A stretch of DNA of 64,000 bases, from NCBI RefSeq assembly GCF_009914755.1, contig NC_060940.1, one strand, 5' to 3'. Position 1 is the stretch's first letter, and each line of letters begins with the position of its first letter. A program made the position numbers and the translations under genes. The notes beneath the pieces were generated by a model. It searched no databases. It was given only the letters and a program-made list of their open reading frames with translations, and was not told the origin of the DNA. Shown here one piece after another: positions 56,024-64,000 of the stretch. The DNA comes from the human T2T-CHM13v2.0 reference genome, Homo sapiens.

Positions 56024-56412
56024 AAGGGTGAGGAGGAGAGAGAAACTTGGCTGGAAGGTAAACAAAAGAGGCAACCAGAGACAATTTCCTGTGGTTGAGG
56101 AAGTCTGAAGATCTGGAATGTCCACAGTCAGCTTTAGGTTTTTATTCGATTTTTCTGGAAGACTATCTTCTCTCCCAACATCTTCCTCTTTTTTTCTCTC
56201 TCTTTGGTAAAATGTGCTACATTCAATTGCATTGTGTGAATGGCATTTGGGGGACATTGAGAAAGTGGAGCTGAGTTGCTTGTTTGGGATTACAAAAAGC
56301 AAAGACTTAAGAACTAGCTGCAAGAGGAAGACATAACAGAGACTGACACCAAGCAGGTGCGGGAACTCAGAGTCAGGCCTGACCAAGCAAGGTCCCAAGA
56401 CCAAATCCCTGG

Positions 56413-56554
56413 AGCAGTGGAACTTTAGCACACCAGAATGCTTGGAAGGCTTGCTGGAACACCATTACTGGGTCCGGGATGGGGCCGGAGAATTTACCTT
56501 TCTGACAGGTCCTCAGGAGAGGTGGATGTTGCTGGTTCAACCTGGAAGAACACT
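56413..56554. mobile_element. MER5A-like hAT remnant
   Basis: GGATGGGGCCGGAGAATTTACCTTTCTGACAGGTCCTCAGG..GATGTTGCTGGT. Confidence 0.55.
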
Positions 56555-56912
56555 TGATATGGTTTGGCTGTGACCCCACCCAAATATCATCTTGAATTGT
56601 AGCTTCCATAATTCCCACATGTCATGGGAGGGACCCAGTGGGAGGTAACTGAATCATGGGGGTGGGTCTTTCCCGTGCTGTTCTCATGACAGTGAGTAAG
56701 TCTTATGAGATCTGATGGTTTTATAAATGGGAGTTCCCCTGCACAAGCTCTCTTGCCTGCCACCATGTAAGACATGACATTGCTTCTTCTTTGCCTTCCA
56801 CCAGGAGGCCTCCCCAGCCATGCAGAACTGTGAGTCCGTTAAACATCTTTCCTTTATAAATTGCCCAGTCTCAGGTATGTCTTTATTAGCAGTGTGAGAA
56901 CAGACTAATAGA
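56555..56912 (+). mobile_element. THE1 (B/C-like) solo LTR
   Basis: TGATATGGTTTGGCTGTG..CCCACCCAAAT start; GTCTTTATTAGCAG..GACTAATA end; 5-bp TSD ACACT at 56550-56554 and 56913-56917. Confidence 0.95.
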
Positions 56913-57406
56913 ACACTGGAGACCTTTGGAGAAATGCCAAGTGTCCTACTAAATGTGGATGAGGAAATTACTTGATTTTGTCTCCAAGGAAAGGATAATT
57001 TCTACGTTATACAAGGGGTGACATACAAAGAGCCACCAGCAAGTCTCCAACAAAGTACTTTGGAATTTGGAAGGAGAAGAGAATGCAAATAATTCCATTG
57101 CACGTAGTGCTAACTAGATACTGCCAGGCTCCCTGTGGGGTTAAGAAGTGTGACAACTTCTCATAGCTTATTGTAAAGGAATCTAATTAGGGGCCAGGAA
57201 ACCTAAGTTTGGATCCTGGCTCAAACTCTTACCATCTGTGTGGCCTTGAGGGGCAATTCATTAACCTCTCTGACCCTGTTTTCTCTAGTTTACACTGGGG
57301 GACTTTTCACTGATGATTGCTACTACCACCATGCTAGCTTCCTGGTCCACATGTGGGTCCAAGATTCTGTCCCTGATTCTCTGTAGCATACCTGAGAATA
57401 GGCTAG

Positions 57407-57814
57407 GTGTCTTTGGGTTTCTGGAGATAAAAATTCGAGGGATATTTGCATGCAGAAGGTTTCTTGGGGAGTCCTCTAGTGAAAAACACCTGTAAGAGAA
57501 TGAGGAAAGCCCAGGTGGGCAGAAGAAGTTGGACTGTGATGCAGTTGCAACAGAGGTCTCAGACTAACCTATTAGGAGCTCCAGAGCAAGGATGGTCCTT
57601 TCCAGTTGTCCCAGTTGGAGGCAAGGGAGCTGTGTCTTCATACCCTCAAATCTATGCTGGGTATAGCATTGTCCCTGAGGAGAGGGTTTAAGCTTGGGAA
57701 GGAAAATCTCTTCCACAGGGTAATGTCATAGCTGTAAGCTGTCATTAGTCAACACTCCCTATAGTGAGGGAAATGAGTGTCTCAGTTCCTAAGTAGGAGG
57801 CAGTACTCACTACA
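57407..57814 (-). mobile_element. LTR16-like ERVL LTR
   Basis: AACACCTGTAAGAGAATGAGG, GACTGTGATGCAGTTGCAACAGAGGTCTCAG, GGAGCTCCAGAGC, GGGAAATGAGTG. Confidence 0.6.
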
Positions 57815-58010
57815 CAAATTGCAGGGCACTCTGTTAAAAAGTATGGAGAATTTCAAGATGATGACAGCAATGCAAAATTGCAGGGCACACAAATTGCAGG
57901 GCACTCTGTTAAAAAGTATGGAGAATTTCAAGATGATGACAGCAATGCAGTAAACCAAGCATGGAACCTTCTAAGCACCGGGCCCTGTGCATCACTCATT
58001 AAGCTGGTGC
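57812..58010 (-). mobile_element. MER45A-like hAT element with an internal 63-bp duplication
   Basis: GAATTTCAAGATGATGACAGCA..TAAACCAAGCATGG..CTTCTAAGCAC.GGGCCCTGTGC matches reverse-complemented MER45A. Confidence 0.75.
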
Positions 58011-60829
58011 TGATTGTGGACCGGAGTGGTATCTTGAAGCGTCCACTTGGGTGTTGTAAAAAAGAAATAAGAGAGAAACCACAAACAGGCTAACTGGCTT
58101 ACAAAATGCACCTCCTCTTCAGCTTGGGGTCCCTTAACAGGTAACTTCAACATAGCTTTTGTGGCAAAGGCTTGTCTTTTAGCCATCTCCAAGACACTGT
58201 AGAATCCTCAATGCAGACACATAAACCAAGAGACATTCTTTGGACATGTGACACCAAAGCCGCTGGGTTTTGATTCTCAGCATCATGCCTTCCTCTTACC
58301 TGGGGGATACACAGTGGGAATGCCCATTTCTTTCTGGAGAAGTCTTACTCGCTTATGGTATGTGGCCTTACCCAACAGGCAGTGACCAAATAATCATCTT
58401 TCCCCCTATGTGGGTGGAGCAGCTGACATCCCTTCCAGAGGTACACAGGGAAGGGACAGGGGACGTGCGTCTCCATCAGCCTCCTCTCTCTTCCTCCACA
58501 CCTAGACTCCCAGCCTGCCCAGGTGAGGCCTTCTCCTGCCTCCATTGCTCACTTATTTCTCAACCTCAGAGTCATGCAAGTCCCTTGAAATCAGTGAAAA
58601 TAAATGTTTTGTTTGATTATTTTTTCACCAGCCAAACCCTATGGTTTCTGGACCCTGTCTTTCAGTTCTTTCAAATAAAACTTGAAGCGAAGAATAATCC
58701 CCTCTGCACAGTCTATCAGAGTTTCATTTTCTCTCCCTTTTAAAAATGTGTTCTAACCCTGATTTGGGGGGCCCCCAGAGCCTATTAAACTTGCTCAATA
58801 AGATGCAGTGTTTGCCACTCGCTCTCACACAAGCCTTCTATTCCTACTCACAGCCCCACTTGCTTTCCTAACTTCTTTCCCTCTTTATTCTAGTTTCAGA
58901 ATGTTGGTGAGTTGGTTGGATTTCCTTTTTATTTTCTTTTACCTATTCAGTGACTTGAAGTGTTTTATATTTCACACTAGGCCATGGGCAAGAGACAGCC
59001 TTCCTTGGATGTCCTTTTCTTGCTCCGAAATGCATCTTTTTTGGGTTCATGAGAGGCAAGATCAAGGTTCAGCTCTTTCACACACCTTCTAGCCCCACTC
59101 CAAAAATATGAAAATGAAAAAAATTCTAGCCACAAAAAATGGATATCATTAGCCCTCTGCTAGAGTCACCAATTATGGTCTGTAAAGAAAAATAACTGAT
59201 TATATAAACTTACAAAGTATTTATGCAAGCATCCTTTTAAGTGCTATGTGTGTGTACATGTATGTATCTATGTGTATGAGATATATGCACAAATATATAT
59301 ATATATACTCAGTGATTATATATGATGTAACCTATAGTAGTTATAATATATAATCACTAATACAATATAGTGATATATATGTATGTAACATACATCATAT
59401 GTAATCACTTAGGAGATAGATATGTAAATGATTATGCATATATTTATTCATTTACTCTTTATAACAACTTTACAAGGTAGCTATTTTAATTTCACATATA
59501 TATAGTACACTATTATATACATGTTATAATATATATACACATACATTATCTGTAAAATCACTTAGAAGATATTTATATATAAAAATGTATATTTTGATTT
59601 AATCTTTCTGAAAGCCCTATGAGGTAGCTATCATAATTATTCCTGTGGCTCAGATGAGAAAACTGAGACATAGAGTGAAGTCCTGTAACCTGTCAACTCA
59701 ATTAGCTGGTGAGAGGCAGTCTGGCTCCAGAATATGCACATCTAGCCCCACCATCTACTGCCTCTTAGTGCAGATAGAAAGTATCAGTCCACAAGGACTC
59801 TGATGAACATAAACTAGACATAATCTCTGGGCAGGAAAATATGATTATACTTTTTATAAAGTATAACATGATGATACCTTCATGTACATTTTGTTAAGTG
59901 TGTAATATGCATATACTTTTGTAGACTTTTGAGTGCACTGTAGCCTGCTTTGAGAAAAACGTGGATAAACAGAAGGAGATAGCCACCTTGAAAACAGACA
60001 AGGATGCCCAGAAAGCCAGAAGCTTTCTGTGTGTCTCTGGCTCTCACTAGGCAGGATGCTGATTCAGAGCATCACAGACATTCAGACTCTGCTCTCGCTT
60101 CTCCATCACAGAGGCCTCGGCATGGCTTGGATAACATATTCCTCATTGTGCCCAGATTAATTGTTCACCATGCTTCCCAGGAATTCTGATACTGGGCAGA
60201 GAACTCTAAAAATGGCATCTGATCCTTTTGGTGCCTAGGATAAGATATCCTCCACTGTATACCAAGAGATTGTGGAGGAAGGTTAACAGAAAATTATCTT
60301 TCATTAGTTCAACTGACATGAAATGCATACAGATGTTACATGTGTTTCTCGATCCTTGAAGTGAAGATTGTTATGTCTTCTATCCACACTCTCATCCAGG
60401 CAGAACCCTTAATCACAATTGCTGAGACTTTCTGGGAACTTCATGGCTATATGTGCCTGCCACCTGTTCTTCCTTGTATCTTCCTCTAGTCTAGACCATG
60501 TTATCTCAGGACGAATTCCAGCCTCTTCATAAATTCCACAAACTTCCAGGTCATGAGAATAGTAGACTTAATGGAATTTTGGCAGGTAGGTGAGAAGGTA
60601 TTTCTATCACAACAAACCATACTTTGTATTGAATATTAGACATTTTCATTCTTGAAATTTCTAACTGGCTCATATCCCATATTTTTCACTGATGACTTCA
60701 CAACATCTGCCAGCTCCCAAGCCTCTGTGCTCCCTTCTCAGAAGCCTAAGCAGAACCCTCTTCTTAAGTACAAACCAGCTGCCCTGGAAACACATATATT
60801 TACTTTTTCTACTTTATTTTAGTTACTAA

Positions 60830-61207
<378 letters not shown>

Positions 61208-61279
61208 TAGAGATACTATATTTAAAGCAACTCATTGAGGCAGAGTGATATATTTAAAATACTAAATCTTCAGGTCTTA

Positions 61280-61890
61280 ATAAACCTTCAGTAGTGTCCA
61301 GAAGAACCTGGAATAAAATTATATTTCTTCCTTCGGCACACAGGTTTGTATATGTGCCTCTCCTGCCTATGTCTTCAACCTCATTGGATTCCATTCTCTT
61401 CCCCTCTGGCCCCATTTCCCTCCCCCCTCCCTTTTTTTTTTCTTCTTCCTCATGAGACCTTCACTGGTCCCATTTCGAATCCTCACACATCATGGGCTCT
61501 CTCCATCTCAGGATTCTGCATCTGCTGTTCTCTGCCTAGAGCATTCTTTTCCAGGCTTTCCCCAGGGTGGATTCCTTCTAATCCTTCAAGTCTCAGCCCC
61601 ATGCCATGTCTCTAGAGAGATGGTCTCTGATTTCATCAATCAAGTTAGCTTCACCCCCTCTCACCTGCAGTTATTCTGTCTCCCATCACCTGTTCTTCCT
61701 AAACTGAAATTACATTTTTATCTGTTTGTCCACTTGCTTTTATCACCTGTCTTCCTCAATTAGAATGTAAACGCTTTGAGAACAGGAGACCTGTCTGTCT
61801 TGGTCACCACTCTGCAGCCTGCCCATAAAATAGTACCTCGCAGAGTGGACTGCTGATGTATGTTTAACTGAATAATTGAGTGAACAGAAT
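61280..61890 (+). mobile_element. L2 3' region
   Basis: TGCATCTGCTGTTCTCTGCCTAGA; TAGAATGTAAACGCTTTGAGAACAGG. Confidence 0.7.
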
Positions 61891-62145
61891 AAATGTGTAA
61901 CCAGGAAGTGTTTGTTTCTTTCTTTCATATCTGTGCATTTATGGGGATATGTACAAGCCCATAAATACAAACACACATCTTATTCTTTCACACCAGTCAT
62001 ACATATCTCCTAATCCAACCACCTCAACAATCCTATGAGCAAGTATTATTGCTGTTGTTATTTTACAGTTAAGAAAATTGAGCAAGTAACTTATCTGTTA
62101 AGTTACTAAACCACCAGGTCATATAGTTAATTAAGGCTTGCATGT

Positions 62146-62146
<1 letters not shown>

Positions 62147-62183
<37 letters not shown>
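62147..62183. repeat. (CA)18 microsatellite
   Basis: Direct reading. Confidence 0.98.
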
Positions 62184-62184
<1 letters not shown>

Positions 62185-62271
62185 ATCTGTGTCTGCCTGC
62201 TTTGCACATATTAAACTGATAGATTAAGTGAACCAACATAACTTAGTTTAGTTTTATTTTTAAATTGAAGT

Positions 62272-62572
62272 AGTCTGGGTGCAGTGGCTCACGTCTGTAA
62301 TCCCAGCACTTTGGGAGGCTGAGGTGGGCGGATTGCTTGAGGTCAGGAGTTTTGAGACTAGCTTGACCAACATAGCGAAAACCTGTCTCTACTAAAACTA
62401 CAAAAATTAACTGGGACGGGTGGTGCACACGTGTAACACCTGTAGTCCCAGCTACTTGGGAGGCTGAGGCAGGAGAATCGCTTGAAGCCGGGAGGCAGAG
62501 ATGCAGTGAGCCAAGATCGCAAAACTGCACTCCAGCCTGGGTGACAGAGCGAGACTCTGTCTCAAAAGAAAA
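62272..62572 (+). mobile_element. Alu (AluS-like) inside an L1M fragment (~62245-63150, minus)
   Basis: Full dimer; AAAT(T)GAAGTA flanks; L1 motifs AGCATTCCATTATATGAATATACCACA and GAAGTGGAATTGCTGAGTCA downstream. Confidence 0.95.
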
Positions 62573-64000
62573 AATGAAGTAAATTTATATATACTGGTGC
62601 ATTTTAAAGCCACATCATCACCACTCAGATGTAGTCAGAGAATATCTTGGCATCCCAGAAGGCTCCAGACTGCATGCCCCTTCTCCCAAAAGGTGATGGC
62701 TATTTTCGATCTCTACATCCACACAAGTTTTGCCTTCTGCTTGCATTTTCCGTGAATGGAACATATCCTTTTTGTTTGTTTGGCTTATTTTTTTTCTACA
62801 TTATATATGGAGATTCACTCTGTAGTAGTTCAGTATTGTCATTGTTGTGTAGCATTCCATTATATGAATATACCACATTTTATCCATTCAACTGTTGATT
62901 TGATATGCATTATTTTTACTTTGGGGCTTCTATGCCAACTATTGCTATGAAGTCCTTTTTTTAATATAAGCCCTCGGTGAGCACATACAGTCAATACTAT
63001 TGCATACATATGTAGAAGTGGAATTGCTGAGTCACAAGTAAAGCTTATGTTTGGCTGTAGTGGATATAGTTATGGTTTTCAAAGTTACAGTTTTGGCCAG
63101 CAGCATGTGAGATTCCTGCGTCTTCTTTGCATCCTAATAATGTAGGCATCTCAGGGGCTTTAGATATTAAGACTAGCTAGTGTATCATAGACTTTCCACT
63201 CTAAGAACACAAAGGCCCAGAGCAGCAGCTCTGGCTTAGAGTGTAGTGGTGATTTCCCGCTGGCTCCCTCCCATCACTGTGGCTTTTAGATAGCTAGGCA
63301 AGCCCAGAGGAGATGGAAAACAATTGCAGAAGGCTGCATCCACGTCAGGAGGGTGAAACCCCCATTATTATGAACAACATTAACCTTCCCTCTTCTGGGC
63401 AGAAATTGCTCCCTCTGTCAGGGGATGCCATGTTTAAAGAACCCTGTGGTCTCAAAACAACTTTGAATGTTCCAAAGAGCAAAAAAACCCATTCATCTGC
63501 TCTGCAGAACCACAACTATATTATTTGGGCTGCTGACTTGTCACCTAAATCTTCAACTTGATTTGCAAGAAGTGTACCATACCAAAGACCGGTCTCTTCC
63601 TTTTTCTGCTTTCCATATACAAGAAGAGATTATTTCAAGTCAGTTGGGAGCTTACCTCTTCACACTTCACTGTAATTTGTAATTAGCAACATGATAGGCC
63701 TGGCTTTTCCTTGTAATTTTCCAAGAAACTCCACTTTCACTCAAGGAGGGAGAACAGATACTCAGTGTAAGTTTATTTGGGTAGGTGAGATGCTCACTTT
63801 TCAGCAAAGAAATTCATGTTGGAGCTACATGTTTTACTCACTTGGAGCCTCATTCTAGTAAGAAGACTTGAAACCTCAATAAAGATGATAACCTCTGGTT
63901 ACTCTGTGCTAGCCATCCGTGCTGTTTGCCAAATCTTTCCCTTCTTTTCTCTCCTGGGCATACGGTACCCCTGTGCTTCCTAGTGCCTTGTGTGGATGGA

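Noticed and set aside
55942-57949. CRISPR-like repeat-spacer arrays
   Set aside because: Simple tandem duplications without unique spacers; mammalian context, no cas genes

Overview
Primate (human-like) non-coding genomic DNA, AT-rich and dominated by interspersed repeats: about 18 Alu or Alu-derived elements, many old L1/L2/MIR fragments, MaLR/ERVL LTRs (including one complete LTR-internal-LTR MLT1A-type element), Tigger/MER DNA transposon remnants and microsatellites. I can support no known protein-coding gene, RNA gene, CRISPR array or prokaryotic system; the supplied ORFs read as repeat-derived or low-complexity noise. I cannot name the locus. The most interesting non-repeat signals are: (1) a CpG-enriched, promoter-like region at ~45.3-46.1 kb, whose ~110-bp motif-dense module is duplicated 1.4 kb upstream and which has a speculative two-exon micro-ORF; (2) several local templated duplications or insertions (23.4/24.3 kb, 26.2/27.2 kb, 44.5/45.9 kb, 57.8 kb, 32.8 kb); (3) two good CTCF motifs at 13.6 and 18.4 kb; (4) CpG-retaining unique segments at 27.4-28.0 and 33.9-34.6 kb. 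I found no convincing novel biological system; these are testable leads. Repeat subfamily names come from recalled consensus sequences, and boundaries of old repeats are approximate.
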